Assembly (NCBI GenBank): GCA_023129115.1 | Contig: JAGMCR010000002.1 | Location: 32,001 to 96,000 of the forward strand | Reading direction: 5' to 3' | Source of the DNA: Candidatus Iainarchaeum sp. | Lineage (GTDB): Archaea; B1Sed10-29; WALL01 | Length of the DNA: 64,000 nucleotides | In this document: one piece after another, positions 28,587 through 40,200 of the stretch | Layout of the letters: the number at the start of each line of letters is the position of its first letter | Position numbering within the stretch: position 1 is the stretch's first letter | Made by a program: the position numbers and the translations under genes | Notes under the pieces: generated by a model | Told to the model about the DNA's origin: nothing | The model's input: only the letters and a program-made list of their open reading frames with translations | The model's database searches: none

Positions 28587-29035
28587 TGGAAGACCTTGAC
28601 TTTGGTGAGAGCATGAGCATGCCAAAACTGAATTTCGACGTAAAAAAAATTGGGGTTGCGCTGGTGGGCCTTATCGTGCTGTTTGCCCTCGTCTACCTGG
28701 CGATGGGCGTGCTGAACCAGCCGCCGGTGTCGCTGCAGTTCAAAGACACCGAGATAAGCCCGGGCCAGGCCACTGTGCTGACGGTCGTCGTCGTAAACAC
28801 GGGCGAGGAAGACGCGGCCGGCGTCACCATCCAAATAGTGCCGGAGAGCGTGGTGCTTACCGTCACTGACCCCGTGAGGACCGAGCCCATCATCGGCTCC
28901 AAGGCGAAGAGGGAGTTCGAGTTCGCCGTGACCGTTGGTCCCGACGCGACGCCTGGGACCTACAAGGTAACAGCCAAGGTGGACAACCTCATCGATGGCG
29001 AGCAGGAAGCCAGGGCTTACCTAGAAGTAGGGTGA
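28586..29035 (+). CDS. Membrane-anchored Ig-like (CARDB/NEW3-like) protein
   Basis: N-terminal TM helix, VVNTGEEDA, PDATPGTYKV. Confidence 0.7.
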   Translation: MEDLDFGESMSMPKLNFDVKKIGVALVGLIVLFALVYLAMGVLNQPPVSLQFKDTEISPGQATVLTVVVVNTGEEDAAGVTIQIVPESVVLTVTDPVRTEPIIGSKAKREFEFAVTVGPDATPGTYKVTAKVDNLIDGEQEARAYLEVG

Positions 29036-29037
29036 AT

Positions 29038-29358
29038 TCACTCGCTGTCCTCGATTTCTTTTTCGACCCAGCGGCGGGCCTTGCCTATGTCGATGGCAAT
29101 GGTGATGTCAAGCGCGTTTTCGTTGTTCAGGATTATCTCGTCAATCACGCCGGTCCTGCTTATGATTAGCGGGCTTGGGAGCATCTGGCCCTCCCTGACG
29201 CCCATGACCTTTTTTGCCATTCCCCTCATTAGCAGTGCCGCGCACTCGTCACAAATCTTGAACTTGTTGACGGGAGAATCAGCGCCGTGCTCCTGGATAA
29301 ACCAATTTTGTTTCGGCTCCTTAGCTTTTTTGCAGAGCCCGCAAAACACCATCCGCAT
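29038..29358 (-). CDS. Hypothetical protein with two CxxC motifs
   Basis: CGLC...CDEC. Confidence 0.6.
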   Translation of the reverse strand: MRMVFCGLCKKAKEPKQNWFIQEHGADSPVNKFKICDECAALLMRGMAKKVMGVREGQMLPSPLIISRTGVIDEIILNNENALDITIAIDIGKARRWVEKEIEDSE

Positions 29359-29385
29359 CTATAACGCAGTTAGGGTATTTAAGTG

Positions 29386-30603
29386 TTATATTGGTTCGGC
29401 TTTGACGTAAAAGAGCTTCAGCGAGACTTCCTGGCTGAGGTCTCTCTCTATGCGCTGCTTCAAGCGGTCGCGGAACCCCTCCGGCGGCGTGATGAACGAA
29501 ACAATCTTTAGGTCGACCCTGAGGGGGCTGTACCTTATGTCCAGCTGCTCCACTTCACCGCCCACACTCGCGGCCTCGGCCGCCACCGTTGCAGTGATTA
29601 TGGTCTCAATCTGCGACTGCTCGTAGGAGATGAGGCTCGTGTAGACGAACGGTATGCTCAGCATGAACAGCATGAGGGCGGCGACCTTGAGGTGCGTCGA
29701 GAAAAACTTCTTTTCCTGCTTTTTCGGCGCCACGCCGTACGCGTAGAACACGACGGCGCTCCCGATGTCGATGCTGATTATGTTGACGAGCAGCACGAGG
29801 AGAGTTGTTGCGGCGACCGTGAAGTCGACGATTCCAAAGAACGCGAAGAACACGTTGATGGAAAGCGCCGCGACCGGTGGCATCAGCGACACCGCAATGG
29901 CGACGCCGGCCAGGGCCTCGTTCAGGTCCGTCAGGAGCGAGACCGCAGCGATTATCCCCGAGATGAACGCGACGCCTATCGTGAGCAGGCTGAGCTGGCT
30001 AATCCCAAGCAGGATTGGGGACGGCTGGCTCGCCGGCAGCAGGAACATGGAAAAGAACACGACTATGCACGAGAGCAGCAGCCCGATTGTAAGCGCGGAC
30101 GCGCCGCGCCAGAACATCAGCACGTCGCCCGTGACTGTCCCGAGCGACGACGTAGTGATTGGCCTCAGCAATGGCGCGATTATCATGGCGCCGATGACCA
30201 CGATGGGGCTGTCCTGCAGCAAGCCAAACGCGGCCAGCAATCCCGACAGCACGCAGAGAATGATGTACGTCATGTCTATTGACGATGACTCGTACGCATG
30301 CGCCTTTAATTCCTCGACCGGGACCCGCCTCTCTTCCTTCCCCTCTTTCTCGACCTGCGCGAAGGGCTCCTCGGCCTTCCAAATCCGTATGTCGGGCTGG
30401 ATGTGCTTCTTGTCCTCGTACTCCGAAATGCTCTTGATTATCGCGTCCACGGCGCTTTCCTTGGCCGTTATTGAGACGAGTTCGCGGTTGATGCCGGGGC
30501 CGTGCGACTCCAGAATTATGACGTCGCTTGCGCCGGCCTTTTCCGCGCGGAAGGCGACCCATTTGCCCTTGCCCTTGGGCACAGCCACCTCTATTTTCCT
30601 CAT
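29386..30603 (-). CDS. TIGR00341/DUF389 membrane protein
   Basis: VVIGAMIIAPLL, AGVAIAVSLMPP. Confidence 0.9.
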   Translation of the reverse strand: MRKIEVAVPKGKGKWVAFRAEKAGASDVIILESHGPGINRELVSITAKESAVDAIIKSISEYEDKKHIQPDIRIWKAEEPFAQVEKEGKEERRVPVEELKAHAYESSSIDMTYIILCVLSGLLAAFGLLQDSPIVVIGAMIIAPLLRPITTSSLGTVTGDVLMFWRGASALTIGLLLSCIVVFFSMFLLPASQPSPILLGISQLSLLTIGVAFISGIIAAVSLLTDLNEALAGVAIAVSLMPPVAALSINVFFAFFGIVDFTVAATTLLVLLVNIISIDIGSAVVFYAYGVAPKKQEKKFFSTHLKVAALMLFMLSIPFVYTSLISYEQSQIETIITATVAAEAASVGGEVEQLDIRYSPLRVDLKIVSFITPPEGFRDRLKQRIERDLSQEVSLKLFYVKAEPI

Positions 30604-30636
30604 TGCAGCAGAATAACCATCAGCGGTTTAAAAGCC

Positions 30637-32469
30637 TTATTGCTTGAAGAACTCGCCCACGCAGTACGCTGGGTCCCTCGTCAGCACCAAGTCCATGTCC
30701 TGGGGGAAGCACTTGGCGTAATTCGCCCACTTGAACCGCTCGTCCAGGAACACAATCGCGCCCCGGTCGTCCTCGTTCCGGATTACCCTTCCCGCGGCCT
30801 GAATCGCCCTGTTCATCGCGGGGTACAAGTACCCGTAGTTCCACCCCGCGCCGAACTTGTACTCGTAGTACTCGACCAGCGCCTGCGTCTCGAGCCCCCA
30901 CTCCGCGAGCGGCACCCCCACGACCACGGCAGCCATCAAGTCCCTCCCGGGATAGTCGATGCCTTCTGCGAAAGACCCCCCGGCCACCGCGCACAACACG
31001 GCCCCGAAGTGCCTGCTCTCCCGGAACTGCGCGAGCAACTGCGCCGCCTGTGTTGGCGTGCTCCTCTCCTTCTGCGAGTAAACGGGCTTGTTGGGCTTGA
31101 AATTGAACAAGACTTCCCTCATCACGCGGTACGACGGGAAGAAAACAGCAACATTCCCAGGCACCGTGTCCACTACTTTCGTTACTTCGCCGGCAATCTT
31201 CTGGTACTGCTCGTCGCTCCGCTTCGCGTACCTCGTCGTCACGGAATCGCTAATAATGTTAACCCGGTTCTCCCTCGGGAACGGCGACTCGTACTGCCGC
31301 ATTTCGGTCCTCTCCTCCTCGAACCCAAGCAAGTCCTTGTACATCTCGAGTGGCGTTAATGTCCCGCTCATCGCAATTACCGAGTGCGCTTCCTTAAGGA
31401 TGCCCCCCGTGGCGACTCCCGCGTCCATGCAGTTGTGGTGCACTCCCCGCGCGTTGCTCATGCGCAAATACTCCTGTGACTCGACGGGCCACATCGAGAG
31501 GAACGAGTGAATCGCGAGGCACGCCGACCGCATCCTGTTTGTGGTCTCCAAATAGTCATTGCCGAGCGCCTTCAATTCCTCAAGGTCGTCCTCGTCCCAT
31601 GTTGGCAAGGCATTTTGCTTAATCACTTGCGGCTCTTTCTTCGCGAGTGCCTCGGTATCGCGCTTCAATTTCTCAAGCTTTTTCTTCAGTGGCGACTTCA
31701 GCAACCCTGCTTCTTTTATCGCCCTCTTGAGCGTGAACGGCGCCAGCGAGTGGCTGAGTATGCTCCTTATCCTCTCGCTTGCGTTCTGTGCCTCGTCAAC
31801 AATGATTATGGAGTCCTCGAGCTTTTTGCCGACTTTTTTCATGAACGCCCCGGCGATGTGGGGGTACAGCACGTGAAAATAGTCGCACACGATGACGCTG
31901 CTCTGCCTCGCGATTTGCATTGCGGTCTCGTACGCGCAGAGCGCGTGCTTTTTCCCGCCGTACTTGAACTCGGCGCATTCCTGGACGAGCTCGTTGTTGC
32001 TCTTGACCGTGCCATAGTTTTCCATTATCTTTTGCAGCGCCAGTCCCGCGGCGTCCTTCTGCCGCTTTGTGTTCCCCTTCGCATTATTATAATACTGGCA
32101 CGCCTCGTTCTTCCTGCGCCTCGCACAAATTTCGTAAAAGCTGTGGTGGTCTGCTGCCTCAAGAATCGGGTCGACGCAAGTGTACTTCCTGCCCACAATA
32201 TCCGCGGCCGTGAACTGCAGCTTGTTTTTCTCGGCGAGCGCCTTTATTTCGTCGACAGCGATTTTGTGCTGGCTGATTTTTGGCGTAAGGAAAAAAACGG
32301 CTTTATTTTCCTCTAATGCATAAGTAATCGCCGGGGAAAGAACGGCAGCCGTCTTGCCAATTCCCGTCGGGGCGTGCACAAGCAAGTGCTTCCGCTCGCT
32401 GACGCACTTGTAGACGTCGCCTATCATCTCTTTCTGGTGCGGCCGTGGCCGCTCGTGCGAAAAGAACAT
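30637..32469 (-). CDS. xpd: XPD/Rad3-family Fe-S DNA helicase
   Basis: APTGIGKT, Fe-S cysteines, DEAQ, SGTL, EGIDY, QAAGRVIR. Confidence 0.93.
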   Translation of the reverse strand: MFFSHERPRPHQKEMIGDVYKCVSERKHLLVHAPTGIGKTAAVLSPAITYALEENKAVFFLTPKISQHKIAVDEIKALAEKNKLQFTAADIVGRKYTCVDPILEAADHHSFYEICARRRKNEACQYYNNAKGNTKRQKDAAGLALQKIMENYGTVKSNNELVQECAEFKYGGKKHALCAYETAMQIARQSSVIVCDYFHVLYPHIAGAFMKKVGKKLEDSIIIVDEAQNASERIRSILSHSLAPFTLKRAIKEAGLLKSPLKKKLEKLKRDTEALAKKEPQVIKQNALPTWDEDDLEELKALGNDYLETTNRMRSACLAIHSFLSMWPVESQEYLRMSNARGVHHNCMDAGVATGGILKEAHSVIAMSGTLTPLEMYKDLLGFEEERTEMRQYESPFPRENRVNIISDSVTTRYAKRSDEQYQKIAGEVTKVVDTVPGNVAVFFPSYRVMREVLFNFKPNKPVYSQKERSTPTQAAQLLAQFRESRHFGAVLCAVAGGSFAEGIDYPGRDLMAAVVVGVPLAEWGLETQALVEYYEYKFGAGWNYGYLYPAMNRAIQAAGRVIRNEDDRGAIVFLDERFKWANYAKCFPQDMDLVLTRDPAYCVGEFFKQ

Positions 32470-32563
32470 TGCTCCCCACTAATTATACTCCATTAGCATA
32501 TAAAAGCCAGTAGTTACGGCTTGCCGAGAAAGCTTTTAAACCCCGCGGGCAATAATTATTCAG

Positions 32564-33169
32564 GTGGTTTTGGTGGAGAAAGACGAGCGCCGGGAAATGG
32601 AAAACAGGTTCCTTACATTGCACATAATCGACATGCTGCACGAGGCCGAACGCGACAAGAAACAGGAGCCTTTTGTCGAGGAGGTCCTGGAGCGCATGGC
32701 TTCGCTCGGCAAGATGGCGGACAGGCCCCGCAGCATGAGTGTGAATGAGATGTTTTACCATGCCCTGAATGGCATGACTGCGGAGGGAAAGGAAAACGAC
32801 CCACACTTCAGGAAGGCAGCGGTTATGTTCAACGACCTCTTCCAGAGGACGCCAAAAATTGAGAGCGGCATAAACTACTGGAGCGACAAAGACCTCGAGG
32901 AAAAGTTCAACGAAAAGCATGCGGACGTCAAGGAAAAAATGCCCAAAATGGCCGAGGGCCCCTATCAAAACTGGAGCCCCCAAATTGAGGGGCACTTGGA
33001 CCGGATTTATGCCCGGGCGAAAAAGCACGGATTGTACGGCCACAGCCAGGCGTTCCACAAGGCATTCGTCGGCACGCTGAAGGAAGTCGGCAAGGCAAAC
33101 GTCAGCGGCGGCTGGAAGCCAAAAGTATCAAAGCCAAAAGTCATTCCCAAGTCCCACGCCAAGAAGTAA
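32564..33169 (+). CDS. Hypothetical protein
   Basis: 201-aa ORF with RBS-like AGGTGG and an upstream TTTTAAA box. Confidence 0.65.
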   Translation: MVLVEKDERREMENRFLTLHIIDMLHEAERDKKQEPFVEEVLERMASLGKMADRPRSMSVNEMFYHALNGMTAEGKENDPHFRKAAVMFNDLFQRTPKIESGINYWSDKDLEEKFNEKHADVKEKMPKMAEGPYQNWSPQIEGHLDRIYARAKKHGLYGHSQAFHKAFVGTLKEVGKANVSGGWKPKVSKPKVIPKSHAKK

Positions 33170-33326
33170 CATACTTCCTGAACACTTCCCTGCTCAAAAC
33201 TCAAACAAGTCCCTCGCGTCACTCCAGTCTTTGAGGGCGTGCTTCTTCGGGTACTCCCCCCACTCTTTGTTTGCCTCCAAGCAACTGCTGGCGGCACTCG
33301 GCGTGTATTCTCGCATTACACGACAC

Positions 33327-33680
33327 CTACGCAACGACTTCCACGACGAATTCTTTGGGGTCCTTCACCCGCAACTCTACTTCAGTGGCCTTCGTGAGGT
33401 GGAGTGTCCTGGCTATGTCAGCCGGAATCCGGAGAACAAGCGACCTGCCGCTCTCGCTCAAGTGCCTCCGCAGGCTCACTTGCTGCAGGTGAATTCCCTC
33501 CATCAACTTGTCAACCTTCTTCATCTGCTCAGGTGTGAAAAGCTCCTGCTTGCACTTAGGGCAATACTGGACTTCCACGTCCCTCAAAATAACTTTCCCG
33601 TCGTAAAAATCAACCGTGGTTTTGGAACTAACCAATTCACCGTTGCACACGGGGCATTTCTCACTCCACTTCTTTTTCAT
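33327..33680 (-). CDS. YgiT/MqsA-type Zn-finger fused to an AbrB-like domain; putative antitoxin
   Basis: CPVC...CPKC followed by SGRSLVLRIP. Confidence 0.8.
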   Translation of the reverse strand: MKKKWSEKCPVCNGELVSSKTTVDFYDGKVILRDVEVQYCPKCKQELFTPEQMKKVDKLMEGIHLQQVSLRRHLSESGRSLVLRIPADIARTLHLTKATEVELRVKDPKEFVVEVVA

Positions 33681-33945
33681 AAGCCTCCCTTTCCCATCTC
33701 TTGCTTTCCCAACAACTCTTGATGACCAACACTTTTTTCACGAGCACACTCAACGTCAAACACTTCTGGCCCAGCTTGCACACGGTCCGGACCTTGCTGC
33801 CGTCCTGCGAATCCGGGAATGAAACACCTTTCACCAAAGCATTCTTGACGTCACTCTGCGTGAAATTCCGTTCCTTCAGCCGCTTCAGGGCATGACGCGT
33901 GATGAAAAACCTGCCCTGTCTTGCCAAGCGCCCGATTTCATCCAT
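33661..33945 (-). CDS. DUF4258-like putative toxin
   Basis: ITRHALKRLKERNFTQSDV. Confidence 0.75.
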   Translation of the reverse strand: MDEIGRLARQGRFFITRHALKRLKERNFTQSDVKNALVKGVSFPDSQDGSKVRTVCKLGQKCLTLSVLVKKVLVIKSCWESKRWEREAYEKEVE

Positions 33946-34025
33946 TTTTCATCACACAATGTTATTACAAATGGTGTATAAAAAGCTTTTGCTCAAAAAC
34001 TATTTATATGCGTTTGCATATAACA

Positions 34026-34310
34026 ATGGATATGGCGAAGACTGCTGTTTTGCCTCCCATCAAAATTGGGAGGCAGATGCTTGAGAGGCTTGACGAGCTC
34101 GTGGAAAAAGGGAGCTACAGGAGCCGGAGCGACGCGGTCAGGCACGCGATTGCGTTTATTGTGCGGGACTACGAGGCTTCTATGAAGGTGAGGGAAGAGG
34201 CAGTGCAGATGGTCAGGAAAGCAAGGAAAGAGATTGACGAGGAGTGCTTGAAGGAAGCCGGCGGCGACGAAGAAAAGGCCTGGGAAATTTTTATCAAGAA
34301 ATACACCTAA
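34026..34310 (+). CDS. Ribbon-helix-helix (CopG-like) protein
   Basis: LERLDELVEKGSYRSRSDAVRHAI. Confidence 0.85.
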   Translation: MDMAKTAVLPPIKIGRQMLERLDELVEKGSYRSRSDAVRHAIAFIVRDYEASMKVREEAVQMVRKARKEIDEECLKEAGGDEEKAWEIFIKKYT

Positions 34311-34396
34311 ACAAGCTCTTCCAACAGTTTTGTTTTCATTTCTGAGAACGCGGCCTCGTACAATGCATTGTCGTCAGTGACAAAATCCCCCACCAC
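34307..34396 (-). pseudogene. Possible C-terminal remnant of a PIN-domain gene, convergent with the RHH gene
   Basis: Read by hand: VVGDFVTDDNALYEAAFSEMKTKLLEELV* resembles the PIN 'hhTxD' terminus. Confidence 0.4.
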
Positions 34397-34464
34397 CGTT
34401 TACCACTACATATTCACAAAGCTATCGATTTTGTAGTGGTAAATCCCCTTAAATAAAGAAAAGC

Positions 34465-35664
34465 CTACGCATTGACGAGGTATTTCCTCATTACTTCGCG
34501 AGACCTGAAGCGATGCAATAATTCTGAATGTGGCTCCCAACCGTGTTTCAGGGGCGTTCTCGTGCTTATCTCTTCCAACATCTCTTTCAAAGTGGCAAAC
34601 TTCGTTGGTTTGGTGGTTATTGTATTCCTGACTGTTTCGCGTATTACCCAAACCCCAACCGGCGTCCAATAATCCGGAGTAATCTCCCTGAACACAATCA
34701 CGCCCGCCTGCCGCTTGATTTTCTTCAAGTGCTCCAATACCCCGAGCCGCGCCGCGTAATACGCGCCCGTAACGCTGTCCGCGTACTTCTTCCGGCCCTC
34801 GTACGGCTCCCAGTCCCTCGCGAACTCGGGGTCCGCCGTGCTGTCCAGCCAAATGTTCCCCGGCATCCACGCCTCCACGTTCTCGAAACACCAATTCCCC
34901 GGGACTAGTAATACTTCAAAATGGTTCCCGAGGTACGTGCTCGCGAACAGCAAGTGCTCGTCCAGCTCCCGGAACTCTTTCACTTCCTCAATCATCTGCT
35001 TGCCAATCGTGTCGTCCGTCGCAGTGATGCTCCACCGCGTCGGCACCATTTTCTTGTCAATCCCAAGCAACCCAACCGACATAATCTTGGACAACTGGCT
35101 GACCGCCACGTCCTTGTCGTACATTTTCTGGATTTGCTCCGCCGCCTTCAATTCGTCGCTCACGACGGCGTCGACTTTTCGCGGAATCCTCGCGTTCTCC
35201 GTGGTCCGGAACTTTTCGAGCACACCGGTCTGGCCGAACGGCGCGCTCGTCGAGTCAAAAGAAGGCATCGCGCTTACCCGCGAGAACGTTGCTTCGGTGT
35301 CCACGGCGCGCACGCTCATCGAAATGTCCTGCATCTCCATTAAATCGCGAGAAGGATTAGTCGCGTAGACAGAAAGCGGCTCCTTCGTCCGCACCAAGCG
35401 GTACCGCATCTCCACGAGCTTCTCAAGGGGCGTGCCGTACCACTCCTCGGGCGAGTCGCTCACGTGCCCATAAGGCGAAATCATGGGCCCCGCCTGCACG
35501 CGTGGGTAGCCGTACCTCCCCACAAACACGCTCGGCGACTCGCCGGAAACCTCTTTTTTAATAGGCTTCAATTTCCCGAGCGCCTTGGCCTTCTCCACGC
35601 GCGGGCACACTGGCTTGCCGCACAAAAACCGAGTCCCCTTGCACTTGACACAAAGACTCTGCAC
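34465..35664 (-). CDS. nreA: Nre-family archaeal DNA repair protein
   Basis: LCVKCKG...LCGKPVCP, SVFVGRYGYP, VPTRWSITATD, GAYYAARL, PVGVWVIRE. Confidence 0.9.
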   Translation of the reverse strand: MQSLCVKCKGTRFLCGKPVCPRVEKAKALGKLKPIKKEVSGESPSVFVGRYGYPRVQAGPMISPYGHVSDSPEEWYGTPLEKLVEMRYRLVRTKEPLSVYATNPSRDLMEMQDISMSVRAVDTEATFSRVSAMPSFDSTSAPFGQTGVLEKFRTTENARIPRKVDAVVSDELKAAEQIQKMYDKDVAVSQLSKIMSVGLLGIDKKMVPTRWSITATDDTIGKQMIEEVKEFRELDEHLLFASTYLGNHFEVLLVPGNWCFENVEAWMPGNIWLDSTADPEFARDWEPYEGRKKYADSVTGAYYAARLGVLEHLKKIKRQAGVIVFREITPDYWTPVGVWVIRETVRNTITTKPTKFATLKEMLEEISTRTPLKHGWEPHSELLHRFRSREVMRKYLVNA

Positions 35665-35720
35665 ACTATCCGTTACGAAGGGCTGAATAAAAAAGCCCCC
35701 GGCTGTGGCTTGCCGAGGAG

Positions 35721-37238
35721 TTAGGGGCAGGTCCCCGACTGCGGCACCGTGCACTTGGCAGACGTGTACGTGTTCGATGAGCCCATTTGCGTGCCAGTGC
35801 AGTCAAAGTCCCACGAGTCCCACGCGCCACTGCTGCAGACCCTATTGTTGTTCAGCGTATTCGGCGGGCCACCGATAAAGATGCCGTACCAGTTGCTCTG
35901 CAGTACGTTGTCACTGTACGTGTTGCCGCCGGCGCGGTCCTCCACGCCCATTTGGTTGTGGTCTATGTTGTTGAGGCGCAGTGTCCCACCACTACTCCCC
36001 GCTCCAATCACGACGCCGGCGTTCCCGGAGTTCATGATGTCATTGTCGTCCAGCCGGAAATTTGGCACGCTTTCCAGCCGGATGCCATAAATATTATGCA
36101 TCGTGAACGAGTTGTGCATGAACTGTGGGCCCACTGCACCCGTCACGTAAGCACCGATTTGGTTGTTCGCGAAATTGCTGTCCTCCACCCGGGCATTGTT
36201 CCCCTGGATGTACACGCCGTAGTTGAACGACGTAACCACGCAATTCTTTATCCGGGCATTGGCGGCGCCACCCGTCACATATATCCCATTCCCCCCGCCA
36301 GAGCCACTCAGCTGCTTGTTGTTGCAGTTCAGCGTCGCGCCGCTGGACCCGCCCCCAAACCTAACGCCGTCCCCCGCAGTGCACGCCAGGTTGCTCGAAA
36401 GCGTGTAGTACCCGCCAGTTGTTATCTCGTACCCACACTCGCCAATAAGCAAGTGGCACATCCCACTGATTTCGACACCACACTCCGAATCGTCGCAGTC
36501 CGTGTCGCCGTCGCAGTCATTGTCCTTCCCGTCGAAGCACGTTTCTCCCGCCCCCATGCCCTCCGCAGCGCCGGGGTTGATTGCTGGGTCCGTGTCGTCG
36601 CAGTCCACGTCGCTCGTGTATCCATCGTCGTCGTTGTCGACGGGCACTTCGCACGCCGGGTGCGTGCTGCAGTCTTCTGTGTCTGCGCAGTCGATTTTGC
36701 CGTCGCAGTCATTGTCCTTTTCGTCCGTGCATACTTCTGTCGCGCCGGGGTGCACTGCTGAGTCACTGTCGTCGCAGTCTTTCTGCGGGTAAGTGCATTC
36801 ACCAGAGGCCGGGTCGCCGTAGCCGTCCCCGTCATTGTCACTGCACTCCTCTGGCTCCATTTCGCCGCTGACGCCCTCGACATAGTAGCTGCTCCCCCCT
36901 ATGTAGACGTCGTGCTTTTCGCCGCTCGCGTCAGTAAGCGAGCCCACGCGCTTGGCAGTGCCGGGAATGCTGTCCAGGCTCAATACGTGGCTGTCCCCTC
37001 CCTTTACCAGCTCGGCCGGCAGCGAGCCAGGGTCGTCGGCACTGAAGGGCGCGGAGTAAGACACGAGCTCCACCCCGTTCGTGGCGAACGTGTACTTGTC
37101 TTCTTCAACAACAGCCGCCGTCTTCGGCGCAGCCATTAGGGTGTTCGCAACAACCACGACGACTACGGCAATCGCGAGAATAGCCGCCAGTATTAGTAAA
37201 TATTCGAGAGAACCCTGTGCCTTTTTCATGCTTGCCAC
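35721..37238 (-). CDS. Class III signal-peptide (pilin-like) surface protein with Ca-binding DxDxDG/DCDD repeats and a parallel beta-helix
   Basis: KKAQGSLEYLLILAAIL, DCDD..PGA.E.C..DNDCDG twice, PbH1-like repeats. Confidence 0.85.
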   Translation of the reverse strand: MASMKKAQGSLEYLLILAAILAIAVVVVVVANTLMAAPKTAAVVEEDKYTFATNGVELVSYSAPFSADDPGSLPAELVKGGDSHVLSLDSIPGTAKRVGSLTDASGEKHDVYIGGSSYYVEGVSGEMEPEECSDNDGDGYGDPASGECTYPQKDCDDSDSAVHPGATEVCTDEKDNDCDGKIDCADTEDCSTHPACEVPVDNDDDGYTSDVDCDDTDPAINPGAAEGMGAGETCFDGKDNDCDGDTDCDDSECGVEISGMCHLLIGECGYEITTGGYYTLSSNLACTAGDGVRFGGGSSGATLNCNNKQLSGSGGGNGIYVTGGAANARIKNCVVTSFNYGVYIQGNNARVEDSNFANNQIGAYVTGAVGPQFMHNSFTMHNIYGIRLESVPNFRLDDNDIMNSGNAGVVIGAGSSGGTLRLNNIDHNQMGVEDRAGGNTYSDNVLQSNWYGIFIGGPPNTLNNNRVCSSGAWDSWDFDCTGTQMGSSNTYTSAKCTVPQSGTCP

Positions 37239-37292
37239 CCTAGGTTATCACTACTGAAAATAACTATATAACCCTTGGGGGTGGGTTAGGGC

Positions 37293-40200
37293 TCAGGCCC
37301 AGCACGCTTCTATGGGGCAGCACGCGTCGTCGATGCACGGCATCCACTTCCCGCACGCCGCAGCCCCGCCTATTGGGTCGTAGCACTGCGTCATGTCAAG
37401 GCCCTGGCACTGGCTGCCCCACGAGCAGGAACACTCCTCGAGCATATACCAGCAGCCCCCTATCGGCATGCACGTGGGATTGGCACAAGTCTCGGTGTTC
37501 ACCGTGCAGTCCACGAACCCCGGCTCAAGGCACGAGTCCGCGTCAAAGTCCCCGCACGCACTGTAACCAGTTTTGGTAGGGTTGCAGTACCTTGGGTCGT
37601 TAAGCGTGCACTCGTCACTGCAGTCTTCCACGCATTGGCCGTTCAGGCATTTCTCGCCCGCCCGGCATGTTGCTCCTATCGCCCACTCATAGCAGCCGTC
37701 GTCATTGTAGTCGCCGCACACCGTAGTTACGGTTTGGCTGGCACAGCCTCTCTCGCCCACTGAGCACTCGTCCTGGCAAGGCTCCTCCTTGCAGCTTCCG
37801 CCGCAGTGGTCGTATCCACAGCCCGTGCTTATGGTGTCGTAGCACTCGAGGCTGGGGTCCGCGTTACAGGCGCTGGCCATATTGCCGAATAGGGCAGCAC
37901 ATGTAGCCCCTTGCAGGCACATCGTGACAGGTCCACTGGTAGTATCATACTTGTAGTATGCAATCGGTATATTGGGATAATAGTCCCTCGACTCACTGCA
38001 TGTGATGCATCCAGGGTCATAGTCGCAGTCGCACCAGCCAGTCCCGCAGCCGCCGGTTGTGGAGTCATAACATTCTGTCCCGACCCAGCAGTCCCCGGCT
38101 TCCATGATTATGTCGCAAGCCGTGTTACCGCACTTCCACGGCTCTCCGTAGTCAGACGTCAGCCACGCCGGCGTCCCCGTTTGCTTCAGGCACGCCTCAC
38201 ACTGCGACGTACATTTTGATTGGACACACGTGTAGCCCGGGTCACAGTCAGCATCACTGTCGCACCCTATGCCTGTGCAGTAGTCCTCGTCGCACCCGGT
38301 GGCATTGTCGTAGCATGTCCAGTGCAGCATTGGCCCGCCCCCGGGCGGGAACTCCCAGCACGCCGCGTCCTCTTTGCAGCTCCTGATTTCCCCACTCGCG
38401 TCACAGATGAAGCCCAGCCCGCTGTCGACGTACACGCCACTCTTGCCGTACACACAGCTCGTGCACGCGTCTGGGTAAATGCACTCGCCCGAGGAGCACA
38501 CTTGGCCCATCCCGCACGCCGTTTGCGTGCCGCCCCAGTCCGTGCAGCCGTCACTGTCGCTGTCGGCGCACACTACATAGCTGTCGCCGACGCACTTCTT
38601 CGTGTTCAGCGTGCACGCGTCCTCGCATGGCGTCGCCTGGTACACGCACTCGCCGTCTATGCACTTGTAATTCTCGCCGCACACGCTCAGCTGTGCCCAC
38701 TCCTTGCAGCCGTCCTCGTCAATGTCCATGCAGAGGTTCAGGTGCGTGAGGTTCACGCACTTGTTGGCAGTGCACTCGTCCTCGCACGGGACACAGTACC
38801 CCGCATCGCAGTCCTTCTTACTCTCCACACAGTTCTCTGCCAGAGTGCCGCAGCACGTTATCGCCAGGCCGCCGGAGCACACCCTCGCGTCCTTGGCCTT
38901 CCCGTCGCACTCCTTGTAGAAGTTCTTGCACACAGACTCGCACTCCGCGTGGCAGATGCCGTCGCCCTTCGTGCAGTCGGTCTGGCACGCCGTGGAGGAC
39001 ACGCACGCTCCGTCCACGCAAGTCTCGCCGCTCCCACAGAAAGTTGTGTCCCCCCACTCATAGCACCCGTCGTCATTGTAGTCGGCGCACACGGAGTAGC
39101 CAGTGGCCTCGGCCTCGCACCTCTTCGCGCCGTTGGTGCACTCGCTCGTGCACTCTTCCACGCACGCGCCGCCCTCGCACACTTCTCCTTCCCCGCAGTA
39201 AACAGCGGGCCCCCACTCGTAGCAAATGTCTTCGTCGTAGTCGCCGCACACATAGTATGCATTTGTATCGGGAACGCATTCCTTCGCGCCTTTCGGAGTG
39301 CACTGGTCGCTGCAGTCATCTGCGACGCACACGCCGCCGCTGCAGTCCTTTCCGGTGCCGCAGTCGGTCTCGCCGCCCCACTCAAGGCAGTCGTCCTCGT
39401 CGTAGTCGCCGCACACCTCGTACGCCGTGAAGCCGCTCGTGCACCGCTTGCTGCCCTCCGGGGAGCAGTCGTTGATGCAGCACGGGCCACAATCGTCCTC
39501 GCAGCTCTCGCAGGTCTCGAAGCCATTGCACATGCCGTCCCCGCAGTAGTCCGTGACGCACGCCCCGCAGTCCGCCACGCATGAGTCGCAGTCCTCTCCG
39601 CCCTCGGTGTCGCACACCCCGTCGCCGCAGTGCTCTTCCCCGCACTCGCCGCAGTCCTCCGGGCACGTGCTGCAGTACTCTTCTGCCGCCGCGCTGCACA
39701 CTCCGTTGCCACAGAACTCTCCAGGGCAGTCGCCGCAGTCCTCCGGGCACGTGGTGCAGTCCTCTTCGTCGCCGCACTCCCCGTCGCCGCAGTGCTCCAC
39801 CGCGCACGGCCCGCAGTCCTTGGCGCAAATCTCGCAGTCCTCGTCGTCGCCGCACACGTGGTTGCCGCAGAATTCTTCGTCGGCCTCTCCGCAGTCCCCG
39901 GGGCAGCTCTCCTTGTCCTCTCCAGTGTTGCACGTGCCGTCGCCGCACACGGGCTTCTTGTCTATGTGGAACTTTCTGGTCCTGCCCCCACCGCCTCCTC
40001 CGGCGGGCGGGAAGGAGTGGTAGACCTTGTAGGTGTCCCCGCTCGCGTCATGGATTTCGCCGACTTCTTCGGCGTCGGAGGGCGGCGCCGAAACGTCAAA
40101 AAAGTAGTCTTGCCCGCCTATCTCGAGCTTTGTTGGTGCCGTGCCCATGGGGTCCCTTGGGTTGTACGGCTCGTCGTACCCAATTACGTTGATGCCCTTG